From NCBI GenBank assembly GCA_964016885.1, contig OZ024747.1, forward strand, positions 1,736,001 to 1,800,000: a stretch of DNA of 64,000 bases, read 5' to 3'. Shown here one piece after another: positions 52,265 to 64,000 of this stretch. This stretch comes from Eledone cirrhosa (taxonomy: Eukaryota). Every line of letters begins with the position of its first letter. Within the stretch, counting starts at the first letter, position 1. The position numbers and the translations under genes are program-made. Under the pieces are notes generated by a model, which ran no database searches, was not told where the DNA came from, and was given only the letters and a program-made list of their open reading frames with translations.

Positions 52265-54841
52265 TAGAGAGGTGAAGGTTGGTATAGAGAGGTGAAGGTT
52301 GGTATAGAGAGGTGAAGGTTGGTATAGAGAGGTGAAGGTTTGTATAGAGAGGTGAAGGTTGGTATAGAGAGGTGAAGGTTGGTATAGAGAGGTGAAGGTT
52401 TGTATAGAGAGGTGAAGGTTGGTATAGAGAGGTGAAGGTTGGTATAGAGAGGTGAAGGTTGGTATAGAAAGGTGAAGGTTGGTATAGAGAGGTGAAGGTT
52501 GGTATAGAGAGGTGAAGGTTGGTATAGAGAGGTGAAGGTTGGTATAGAGAGGTGAAGGTTGGTATAGAGAGGTGAAGGTTGGTATAGAAAGGTGAAGGTT
52601 GGTATAGAGAGGTGAAGGTTGGTATAGAGAGGTGAAGGTTGGTATAGGAAGGTGAAGGTTGGTATAGAGAGGCGAAGGTTGGTATAGAGAGGTGAAGGTT
52701 GGTATAGAGAGGTGAAGGTTTGTATAGAGAGGTGAAGGTTGGTATAGAGAGGTGAAGGTTGGTATAGAGAGGTGAAGGTTGGTATAGAGAGGTGAAGGTT
52801 GGTATAGAGAGGTGAAGGTTGGTATAGAGAGGTGAAGGTTGGTATAGAGAGGTGAAGGTTGGTATAGAGAGGTGAAGGTTGGTATAGAGAGGTGAAGGTT
52901 GGTATAGAGAGGTGAAGGTTGGTATAGAGAGGTGAAGGTTGGTATATAGAGGCGAAGGTTGGTATAGAGAGGTGAAGGTTGGTATAGAGAGGTGAAGGTT
53001 GGTATAGAGAGGTGAAGGTTGGTATAGAGAGGTGAAGGTTGGTATAGAGAGGTGAAGGTTGGTATAGAGAGGCGAAGGTTGGTATAGAGAGGCGAAGGTT
53101 GGTATAGAGAGGTGAAGGTTGGTATAGAGAGGTGAAGGTTGGTATAGAGAGGTGAAGGTTGGTATAGAGAGGTGAAGGTTGGTATAGAGAGGTGAAGGTT
53201 GGTATAGAAAGGTGAAGGTTGGTATAGAAAGGTGAAGGTTGGTATAGAAAGGTGAAGGTTGGTATAGAGAGGTGAAGGTTGGTATAGAAAGGTGAAGGTT
53301 GGTATAGAAAGGTGAAGGTTGGTATAGAGAGGTGAAGGTTGGTATAGAGAGGTGAAGGTTGGTATAGAAAGGTGAAGGTTGGTATAGAAAGGTGAAGGTT
53401 GGTATAGAGAGGTGAAGGTTGGTATAGAAAGGTGAAGGTTGGTATAGAGAGGTGAAGGTTGGTATAGAGAGGTGAAGGTTGGTATAGAGAGGTGAAGGTT
53501 GGTATAGAAAGGTGAAGGTTGGTATAGAAAGGTGAAGGTTGGTATAGAGAGGTGAAGGTTGGTATAGAGAGGTGAAGGTTGGTATAGAGAGGTGAAGGTT
53601 GGTATAGAGAGGTGAAGGTTGGTATAGAGAGGTGAAGGTTGGTATAGAGAGGTGAAGGTTGGTATAGAGAGGTGAAGGTTGGTATAGAGAGGTGAAGGTT
53701 GGTATAGAAAGGTGAAGGTTGGTATAGAAAGGTGAAGGTTGGCATAGAGAGGTGAAGGTTGGTATAGAAAGGTGAAGGTTGGTATAGAGAGGTGAAGGTT
53801 GGTATAGAGAGGTGAAGGTTGGTATAGAGAGGTGAAGGTTGGTATAGAGAGGCGAAGGTTGGCATAGAGAGGCGAAGGTTGGTATAGAGAGGTGAAGGTT
53901 GGTATAGAGAGGTGAAGGTTGGTATAGAGAGGTGAAGGTTGGTATAGAGAGGTGAAGGTTGGTATAGAGAGGTGAAGGTTGGTATAGAGAGGCGAAGGTT
54001 GGTATAGAGAGGTGAAGGTTGGTATAGAGAGGTGAAGGTTGGTATAGAGAGGTGAAGGTTGGTATAGAGAGGTGAAGGTTGGTATAGAGAGGTGAAGGTT
54101 GGTATAGAGAGGCGAAGGTTGGTATAGAGAGGTGAAGGTTGGTATAGAGAGGTGAAGGTTGGTATAGAAAGGTGAAGGTTGGTATAGAAAGGTGAAGGTT
54201 GGTATAGAGAGGTGAAGGTTGGTATAGAGAGGTGAAGGTTGGTATAGAGAGGTGAAGGTTGGTATAGAGAGGTGAAGGTTGGTATAGAGAGGTGAAGGTT
54301 GGTATAGAGAGGTGAAGGTTGGTATAGAGAGGTGAAGGTTGGTATAGAGAGGCGAAGGTTGGTATAGAGAGGTGAAGGTTGGTATAGAGAGGTGAAGGTT
54401 GGTATAGAGAGGTGAAGGTTGGTATAGAGAGTCGAAGGTTGGTATAGAGAGGTGAAGGTTGGTATAGAGAGGTGAAGGTTGGTATAGAGAGGCGAAGGTT
54501 GGTATAGAGAGGTGAAGGTTGGTATAGAGAGGTGAAGGTTGGTATAGAGAGGCGAAGGTTGGTATAGAGAGGTGAAGGTTGGTATAGAGAGGTGAAGGTT
54601 GGTATAGAGAGGCGAAGGTTGGTATAGAGAGGTGAAGGTTGGTATAGAGAGGTGAAGGTTGGTATAGAGAGGTGAAGGTTGGTATAGAGAGGTGAAGGTT
54701 GGTATAGAGAGGCGAAGGTTGGTATAGAGAGGCGAAGGTTGGTATAGAGAGGTGAAGGTTGGTATAGAGAGGTGAAGGTTGGTATAGAGAGGTGAAGGTT
54801 GGTATAGGAAGGTGAAGGTTGGTATAGAGAGGTGAAGGTTG
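52265..54841. repeat. 20-bp satellite tagagaggtgaaggttggta, ~129 copies
   Basis: Highly homogeneous array with no indels seen. Confidence 0.99.
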
Positions 54842-55089
54842 AAACCTTGTTAAAGTCATATTTGTGTTCTTTTATTGTTTTTATTTTCAATATTTGACAG
54901 GGAGAGTGTGATATATTTTTCTAGGAAGAATTTTCTATGAGTGGAATTTAATGGATGAAATATATTACTGGGTAGAATTTATATATAGATACTCTTCCAA
55001 CCCCTTATGTTGTTAAATATAGACACCCCTCTCCAGCTCTTTAGATAATACTTACATCATGGATATATAGACAAACCCATGTCCAATCA

Positions 55090-55330
55090 ACTCTTCTTCC
55101 TCTTCTTTATGCACTTATACCAGGGAGGGTCGTGGGTAGGGAGTCTTCAAACACTCTTTCCAGTGGGTCCTGTCAGAAGCAACCATCACCAAGGGAGACT
55201 AGCCAAGTTCAATAGATGTTATCTAGTCATTTTTCTCAGGGTGTACCCTTGGGTCTCTTGCTAGTTGGTTTTTGCCTGTAAAATCTGTCCAGTGATTCTT
55301 TCCTAAGACATTCTAACCACATGCCCACTC
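55090..55330 (-). mobile_element. Old RTE-like 3' remnant
   Basis: The minus strand gives GHVVRMS followed by degenerate downstream coding sequence. Confidence 0.45.
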
Positions 55331-55814
55331 AACTCTATATATAAATATTACAAAGTCACAATAGTCACAAGTTATGTATAAATATAGACCATCTTTCATT
55401 ACAGGAGAAGAAACTAAGGAATGATATAAAATCCCTAGTAACTCTGCCAAACATCAAAACACTATGTAAACATCAATCAATTCACAACATTCATACACTA
55501 ACAGGTCGCTGAATGTTTTTAAAATGTTAGTGTGGAGATTACATAAACTCTTTAACAACAAAACAATTTATAAGATTAAATGGAAACATTTAAAATATAT
55601 TATACACACATAAAATGTCTATCTGTTTTCCACTCTCTTTATCTATATATTACAACTACTGTTACTACTACTATATATATATACATATGTATGTAGCCAT
55701 ATATATTTATATATATATATAACTTTTAAAATGTTCTCTTTATTGCAAACAAGTTATGTTGCAAAACAAGCTGTTCTCTGTTTATTGTTCTTAGTTAAAA
55801 TGATTTAAAACCAT

Positions 55815-56590
55815 TGTAATTATACTACTACATAACTATAACTACTGTAATTATACTACTACATAACTATAACTACCGTAATTATACTACTACATAACTA
55901 TAACTACCGTAATTATACTACTACATAACTATAACTACTGTAATTATACTACTACATAACTATAACTACCGTAATTATACTACTACATAACTATAACTAC
56001 TGTAATTATACTACTACATAACTATAACTACTGTAATTATACTACTACATAACTATAACTACCGTAATTATACTACTACATAACTATAACTACTGTAATT
56101 ATACTACTACATAACTATAACTACCGTAATTATACTACTACATAACTATAACTACCGTAATTATACTACTACATAACTATAACTACTGTAATTATACTAC
56201 TACATAACTATAACTACTGTAATTATACTACTACATAACTATAACTACCGTAATTATACTACTACATAACTATAACTACCGTAATTATACTACTACATAA
56301 CTATAACTACCGTAATTATACTACTACATAACTATAACTACCGTAATTATACTACTACATAACTATAACTACCGCAATTATACTACTACATAACTATAAC
56401 TACCGTAATTATACTACTACATAACTATAACTACCGTAATTATACTACTACATAACTATAACTACTGTAATTATACTACTACATAACTATAACTACTGTA
56501 ATTATACTACTACATAACTATAACTACTGTAATTATACTACTACATAACTATAACTACTGTAATTATACTACTACACAACTATAACTACA
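55815..56590. repeat. 31-bp minisatellite (t/c)gtaattatactactacataactataactac, ~25 copies
   Basis: Direct reading. Confidence 0.97.
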
Positions 56591-56686
56591 TCTATTTGCT
56601 GTTATATATAAGCATTGTTTTATCATTGTCTACTTGCAATCTATAAGACAGCCATTCTGTGGTTCTAGCTCTGTCTTAATTTAATG

Positions 56687-56836
56687 GAAGGATGGCAGAT
56701 GAGTGAAGGATAGCAGATGAGTGAAGGATAGCAGATGAGTGAAGGATGGCAGATGAGTGAAGGATGCCAGATGAGTGAAGGATGCCAGATGAGTGAAGGA
56801 TGGCAGATGAGTGAAGGATGGCAGATGAGTGAGGAT
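56687..56836. repeat. 18-bp minisatellite gaaggatggcagatgagt, ~8 copies
   Basis: Direct reading. Confidence 0.95.
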
Positions 56837-57134
56837 TAGGTAAAGCAGCTTTTAAAAATGTTCTTTAAAACTAACTTGTAATATTTCCCATTTATTTTCA
56901 AAAGATAGTTAAATAAGAAAGGTGCTTAAAAAGCTAGGCTACTGTTTGTTGAATATCAGCACCAGCATCACTGTCATCATCATTACCAACATCATCTTCA
57001 TCACATACATGTGTATGTGAGTGTATGTGAGTGTATGTGAGTGTATGCATACACAAACTTGTAACCACACACAACACACATATATGTATGTACACAAACA
57101 ACAACAGTAACAATAATAATAATAATAATAATAG

Positions 57135-57348
57135 TTTCTGATTTAGGCACAAGGCCAGCAATTTTGGGGTGGAAGGGAAAGTCGATTAAATCAACCCCAG
57201 TGCATGACAGGTACTTTATTTTATCGACCCTGTAAGGATGAAAGGCAAAGTTAACCTCGGCAGGATTTGAACTCAGACCGTAAAGGGCCATAACTCTATG
57301 CTGAAAAGCATGGTGTCCGACGCTCTACTGATACTGCCAATCCACCAC
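57135..57348 (-). mobile_element. tRNA-derived SINE family 2, flanked by (AAT)n
   Basis: Reverse complement of 20448 and 62333. Confidence 0.88.
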
Positions 57349-58125
57349 CCTATAATAATAATAATAATAATAATAGTGTCTCAGAATGACAATATGTAGT
57401 AAGAAATATTACCCAGCTTTGTGTGCAATATTTTTACATAAATCTAGTGTTCGTTTATGTAACATAGCTCCAGAAAGATCTATCACAAACAAACTGTTTG
57501 GTGCTAGTGTTTCAATTTCCCACCCCAAGCCTCCTTCTCTGTCGTAGATACATAAGCTTCACTGAATTTGGCATCTATAAGCTTTTCTGACAAAAAGTTA
57601 TTGCTTAAAGTTAAAATTAGTAAGTTCTACTGTTATTGATCTAAATTTAATCTTTAGACGAATTGATTTGGCAAAGAACTAGGAGAGACTTTTCAAAGTT
57701 CTCCTCTGATAAGATGGGATGCCTGAATGAATACATAATATCTTACTTTCAGATTAATTTGGCTATAATTTTAAGTCTATGCTTGAGAAACATTGGTCAG
57801 TGTGCCAAACATTTCTATCGATGTTTCACAGGGTCTTCCTGGATTTCAGGCTCCAAGCTCCTTGGACACACACACACATACATTGATACATACATAAATA
57901 TGAATATATATACATATATTACATATACAGACATATACACATAAATATATATATATACATATATATACACACAAACATATATATGTGTGTGTGTATATAT
58001 ATGTATGTATTACTAGCTAATATTAGACCAAAATACCAATAAAAAACACCAATAAAATGAAATTGTGTATATATATATATATATAAATATACGCATATAT
58101 ATATATATATATATATAGAAATATA

Positions 58126-58167
<42 letters not shown>

Positions 58168-59133
58168 TATATGCGTATATTTCTATATACAATATTTATA
58201 TATGCACTGAAGATCAAATTTAATCCAAGCATAATATCACTATAAGAATCAATGATCTTTTTTGAGATATTTATGGAAATAGGCAAAAAAAACTCCTTTC
58301 AATTTCTACAAGACAAACTCATTTTAGCTTATCTCACAAAATATCAACATTGAGACACAGAAACATTGAACAACTTGATACTTTCTTTACATAATATACT
58401 TTACAGTAATTCCATATGCTGTATTTTGTTCTGTATGTAGAACTGAGTCACCTATTAATTTAATCATCTTATCTCTTTAATGTTTAAACTGGCCGTATCT
58501 GGCCAGAATTCTGAAGTTCATTCTGATCAAACTGGCTGTAACTGATGTTAAGGTATTGTTCTCAAAATAAATACTTTCAAAATCTCATAGATTCGATATT
58601 ATGTGAGATAATTATGTGAGATAAAGCCTTTACCATGAAAATATGATAGTATATATAGAATAATGTAAATGGTAAAGGGTTAAGTGAGAGATATTACATT
58701 ATGTTATGTATTTTAATTCTTTACATGCACACACACAAACACACACGCACACATATATATATATATATGGAACTAGCTGTTGAAACAGCAAGAGCTCAGC
58801 TGTCACGTCCCGACACTTTCAAGCATTAAACTAATATATTCTTTCCATGTACTGTGCCGTTTTGTTATTTTTGTTATTTCCGTTTACCCTTTACACACAC
58901 ACTCCCACACACCTACCCCCATCCCCACCCCACAAGACTACAATGGGCTTCTGCAGTTTCAATCTACCACAAGATATTAGTCACAAGTCTATAGTAGAAG
59001 ATGTTTGGCTAAAGTGTCAGACAATGAAACTGAACCTCGTGGTTGCATGAAAAATAAACTTCTTATCCACACAGCCATGCCTGTATATATATATATGTAT
59101 ATGTGTGCGTGTGTATATATATATATATACACA

Positions 59134-59278
59134 CATCATCATCACCGTTTTATGTCTGTTCTTCCATGCTAGCATGAGTTAGGCAAGTTGTCCTGTTGCC
59201 AACCAGCTACTGCCTACAACAGGACAACCCATCTAACCCATGCTAGCATGGAAGAACGGACGTAAAACGGTGATGATG
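59134..59278. repeat. Fold-back of two RTE family-B tails, head to head
   Basis: catcatcaccgttttatgtctgttcttccatgctagcatg...gttgtcctgttg / caacaggacaac...catgctagcatggaagaacggacgtaaaacggtgatgatg. Confidence 0.85.
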
Positions 59279-59364
59279 AGGATGTGTATATATATATATA
59301 TGTATGTGTATATATATATGTGTGTGTATATGTATATATATAGAGAGAGAGAGAGATATGTATA

Positions 59365-60538
59365 TCATCATCATCATATCATCATCATTTTACGTCCGCT
59401 TTTCCCTGCTTGCAAGGGTAGGACGGTCTTATTCAGCACAGCATCTCTCCACTCGTCACGGTCCCTTGTCATCTCCACCGTGAACTTCAGTGATCTGAGG
59501 TCTGTTCTCACCACCTCCTCCCATGTTTTTCGTGGTCTACCTCTACCACGTCTTCCTTCAACTGGCATTTCCTGGCACTTCTTCACCCATTGGTCATCCT
59601 CTATGCGCATCACATGTCCATACCACCCCAGTCTCCTCTCCCGTACACTACATTCTATCCCTCTCAGACACAGTTTCTCTCTCAACACATTCATGCTGGG
59701 TCGTTCACGCACATTTACACTGCACATCCAACGGAGCATGCTTGCCTCATTTCTCTCCAGCTGTCGCATATCCTCTGCAGTTGCTGCCCATGTCTCACTA
59801 CCATGCAGCATCGCGCTCCTCACACAAGCATCATATAACCGGCCTTTTGTACGCAGGGAGAAACCCTTCTTCGTCAGCAGAGGAAGCAGCTCCCTAAACT
59901 TCTTTCAACCCGTCCTTATTCTAGATACTATGGCCTCAGAACACCCCCCTCCCATGCTAATCTGATCTCCTAGGTACCGGAAGCTATCCACCACTTCTAT
60001 AGCACCCGCCTGCTTTTGAAAAATGTGTCTATCAATGTGACTTCTACTGTCTAATTTCCCTGTACATCTACTGCATACATATTTCTCCCTACCTGTTAGT
60101 TTTCCTGCTATCCCGCTACATCTCTTGTGTACCCAGGATCTGCATTGTGTGCATGTTATAGAATTTATGCCAGTTCCTTTTCTGCATATCAAACATGGGG
60201 CCATTTCCCTGACGGAATCAGAGTTTTGTCCCCTTTTCTATTCATCAACACTTTTGTCTTAGCTAGGTTCACTCTCAGTCCTCTTGCTTCCAACTGCTGT
60301 TTCCATAGCCAGAATTTATTCTCTAGCTCCTCTACTGATTCTGCTATAAGAACCAGATCGTCAGCATAGAGAAGTTCCCATGGACAGCCAGTCTTAAACT
60401 CCTCTGTTATGGCTTGGAGGACTATAATGAACAAGAGTCGGCTGAGGACCGAACCTTGATGTACTCCTACTTGTATCTGGAATTCCTCACTAAACTCCAT
60501 TCCTACCCTAACTTTACTGACAGTACCTCTGTACAAAG
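59365..60538 (-). mobile_element. RTE family-A LINE 3' portion
   Basis: GVHQGSVLS, LLYADDL, KTKVL, PHD-like finger, [30 protein letters not shown], with frameshifts. Confidence 0.95.
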
Positions 60539-60803
60539 TTTGCAGAGTGGTTGTGGAGGTGCCACGGCAAAAAAGTACCCAGCCCACACTGTAAAGTGGA
60601 CATGTAGGCGCCACGGAAAAAAGCACCCAGCACTCACTGTAAATGAGGTTGGTGTTAGGAAGAGCATCCAGCTGTAGAAATCAAGCCAAAATCAGTTCCT
60701 GTATGAGCAAGGCATGGTCAGCCGACCAGACACTGCCCACAACAGGACAACCCGTCTAACCCATGCTAGCATGGAAGAACGGACGTAAAATGGTGATGAT
60801 GAA
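60539..60803 (+). mobile_element. RTE family-B 3' UTR fragment
   Basis: Matches the reverse complement of 44999-45250. Confidence 0.8.
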
Positions 60804-60813
60804 AACAGTGATG

Positions 60814-60845
<32 letters not shown>

Positions 60846-60852
60846 ATATATG

Positions 60853-60889
<37 letters not shown>

Positions 60890-60897
<8 letters not shown>

Positions 60898-61016
60898 TAA
60901 AATAACAGATTAAAGTTTCACCCTTAACGGGTTCTTCTGAAAGTTTCAGAAGATCCCGTTAAGAGTGAAAGCAGCGATTCTTTGCTTAAACTTTAATCTG
61001 TTATTTTAATAAATAT
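60890..61016. repeat. Nested inverted repeat (29-bp outer arms, ~27-bp inner hairpin)
   Basis: atatttattaaaataacagattaaagttt / aaactttaatctgttattttaataaatat, with inner ttaacgggttcttctgaaa / tttcagaagatcccgttaa. Confidence 0.85.
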
Positions 61017-61099
61017 TTGCTCTACGGTTCTTATATATTTGATATATATTTATCCTTATCGAGCCCTCTTTGGATTTTAGTCTTTAAATTTATTATTAT

Positions 61100-61138
<39 letters not shown>

Positions 61139-62332
61139 TATATACATATATATATATATACACACACATGATGATGATGATGTATATATATATAGGATAG
61201 TGATGTGTATATATATATATGATGTTAGAGTTTCATGTTAGTCTATGGGAGATAAACAATATTATTGGTGAAGAGGAAAAAATATTTTTATTCTAAAATA
61301 TCTAAATAAATAAAACGAAAATTCTTCTCTTTATACAATGTCAGATAATTATACATTATTTCTTTTATTATTTTATTAGAGCTTGATAGCAAAGAATTTA
61401 GATTTTACATGATCTATTTCCAGCTTCACCGTTTCATTATTTGATAAAACATTTTACTTTCACCTAAATTAGGCATCAACCTATCTTTTTCCAATAATTT
61501 CATTAAAAATCCATAAAGAGACATTGTATGATAAATCATCATTTTCGACAGCTATGATGGCTATTCTATTTTAGTGTAGTTTAATAAACTCTAAATATAG
61601 GAAGAGAAGCTGAACAATCCTATTTACATACTACTTTATCAGTGATTCTGATTTACCATGTGTTCAATAGACAGTTTTCATAGGAGAATTTCCTGTTTGT
61701 TGCCAAAACTTATGTGGATATTTTCACCCTCTCTCAAATGTCACATCTGTTACTTCTGCTAATATATTGATTACTAAAAGGAAAAATTTAGAATAACGTT
61801 TGGCTGGCTGAATAAATTACGTTTTGGTCCAATCTCTCTCCCTCTCTCTCATATATATACATATATCAAGGAAACAAGAAACGAACAAACAAGAGGATGC
61901 AATAGTATATATATATAGAGAGAGAGGGAGAGGGAGCTAGTATATGTCAATCAAATGACTAAACTCATATCTTCAGAGGGAAGAACCGTCAGGAATATTT
62001 ATTATAAAGTCTGCTAATAAGATTCTAATTAAATAAAGACTATTATTGACCTCATCTTTTGTATGTATATTTGTAATATTTATGTCTAGACTATAACTCA
62101 ATTGGATTGCTAGCTGATTGTCATCAGCTATCTTCCGTGTGGGCTTCTGATAAGGTCACAAAACCATAAAAGAAAATGTCTGTGGTATTTGTTTCAGTTC
62201 TTTGTGTTCCAAGTTCAAATCCTATCGAGAAGGTTTTTCAACCTTTCAATAACCTAAATATGAGGTCCAGGGTAGAAGATTGGTGGAACTTTTCAAATGT
62301 TCGACAAAATGCCTTGTATTATTTATTTCCAA

Positions 62333-62518
62333 GGCAGTGGATTGGCAGTATCAGTAGAGGGTCCGACGCCATGCTTTGCAGCATAGAGTTACGGCCTTTT
62401 ACAGTCTGAGTTCAAATCCCGCCGAGGTTAACTTTGCCTTTCATCCTTACGGGGTCGATAAAATAAAGTACCAGTAATACACTGGGATAATTGCTGGCCT
62501 TGTGCCAAAAGTAGAAAA
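62333..62518 (+). mobile_element. tRNA-derived SINE family 2
   Basis: As 20448. Confidence 0.88.
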
Positions 62519-63081
62519 AATTATTTATTTTCTCTGATGTGTTCAAAATAATTATATTTTCTCCCCAAACTACCAAAACACACATCTATTTGTATATGTG
62601 CTACAATATATGTACATGGTATGTTTATCACATATCAAAGTATTTTATATCTTGGTTGATATTTTATAATAACAGCTAAACTAATCACTACAACTAAATT
62701 GACCAAATTTGCCCCTCCCCTCCAATTCAGAGAAGCTTTCACCACCTCTGTTATTTCCATATTTAGTTTCAGTTATTTCCTATTTAGTTAAACTGAGATG
62801 TTTAGAAGTTAAATATAATGACACAACACAATAGCAAGGACAACATATAATAGAATGTGAGGACTTGTTAACCTGCTCTTATATCTGTTTAGACATCATC
62901 ACTCTCTTTAACACACTCCATATACTGTCATCATCATTTCAATGGCCTGCTTAAAATGATGATGGTGGTGATGATGATGATGATGATGATAATATTGTCT
63001 ACATGTTGCATATTTTCCTAAAAAAAACCAGCATGTGACTTGTCTACAAAACCTCATTTCAAAATATATGTAAAATAGAGG

Positions 63082-63712
63082 TGTGACGTATCTATTGTTG
63101 TGACATATCTATTGGTGTGACATAGCTATTGTTGTGACATAGCTATTGGTGTGATATAGCTATTGGTGTGACATAGCTATTGGTGTGACATAGCTATTGT
63201 TGTGACATATCTATTGGTGTGACATAGCTATTGGTGTGACATATCTATTGTTGTGACATAGCTATTGGTGTGACATAGCTATTGTGACATATCTATTAGT
63301 GTGACATAGCTATTGGTGTGACATATCTATTGGTGTGACATAGCTATTGTGACGTATCTATTGGTGTGACATATCTATTGTTGTGACATAGCTATTGGTG
63401 TGACATAGCTATTGTGACATATCTATTAGTGTGACATATCTATTGGTGTGACGTAGCTATTGGTGTGACATATCTATTGGTGTGACATAGCTATTGTGAC
63501 GTATCTATTGGTGTGACATATCTATTAGTGTGACATAGCTATTGTGACATATCTATTGGTGTGACATATCTATTGTGACATAGCTATTGGTGTGATATAT
63601 CTATTGGTGTGACATATCTATTGTTGTGACATAGCTATTGTTGTGACATAGCTATTGTGACATAGCTATTGTTGTGACATAGCTATTGTGACATAGCTAT
63701 TGGTGTGACATA
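63082..63712. repeat. 17-bp (and 14-bp variant) minisatellite tgtgacata(g/t)ctattgg
   Basis: Direct reading. Confidence 0.96.
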
Positions 63713-63944
63713 TACACAAGTATATAAGATATCACTTTATATATAGCAAGGATATTGCATAACTATATGTATATATGCATGTGCTGGAGTGTGTGTGTGT
63801 GTTGGTGTGTGTGTGTCGGAGTGTGGATGTGTTGGAGTGTGTGTGTGTTGGAGTGTGTGTGTTGGAGTGTGTGTGTGTTGGAGTGTGTGTGTGTCAGAGA
63901 GTGTGTGTGTGGCAGGAGATGAGAGATAGATAGATAGATAGAGA

Positions 63945-64000
63945 GTTAGCTTTGCCTTTCATCTTTACGAGGTCGATAAAATAAAGTACCAGTAACACAC
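63945..64000 (+). mobile_element. SINE family 2 fragment at the window edge
   Basis: ctttgcctttcatctttacgaggtcgataaaataaagtaccag. Confidence 0.75.

Noticed and set aside
52226-54890. 877-aa repetitive ORFs (PSPLYTNLHLSIPTFTSLYQ)n
   Set aside because: The 20-bp satellite lacks stops in all three minus frames. This is an arithmetic artefact.
58469-58684. piggyBac-like MITE ending aaagggTTAA
   Set aside because: The left terminus is too degenerate to confirm a TIR or TTAA duplication.

Overview
AT-rich, repeat-saturated eukaryotic (animal) genomic DNA with a 200-N assembly gap. The SINE/RTE repertoire and (TA)n density resemble a coleoid cephalopod such as octopus; this is an inference. There is no complete host gene, only two candidate terminal exons near the left end. 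Nearly all long ORFs in the track are microsatellite or satellite artefacts. The recognisable content is: decayed RTE and CR1-group LINEs, two tRNA-derived SINE families, a DD37D (maT) Tc1/mariner element, MITEs, a Penelope-like GIY-YIG fragment and several minisatellites. The most notable items are: (1) a 4.07-kb composite Helitron-like element (A|TC...CTAG|T, minus strand) that splits a minisatellite and carries a duplicated hairpin-capped 5' end, a 2A/StopGo-like peptide, and a GC-rich LINE-ORF1 PHD fragment between a perfect ~175-bp inverted copy of its own 3' end; (2) several minimal type-I hammerhead ribozyme motifs, including a tandem pair 468 nt apart (retrozyme or Penelope pLTR-like); (3) a C4HC3 PHD finger inside the RT region of three RTE copies; (4) a tripartite SINE joining parts of two RTE families; (5) many fold-back palindromes at retroelement ends. 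All calls were made by eye, and boundaries of decayed elements are approximate.
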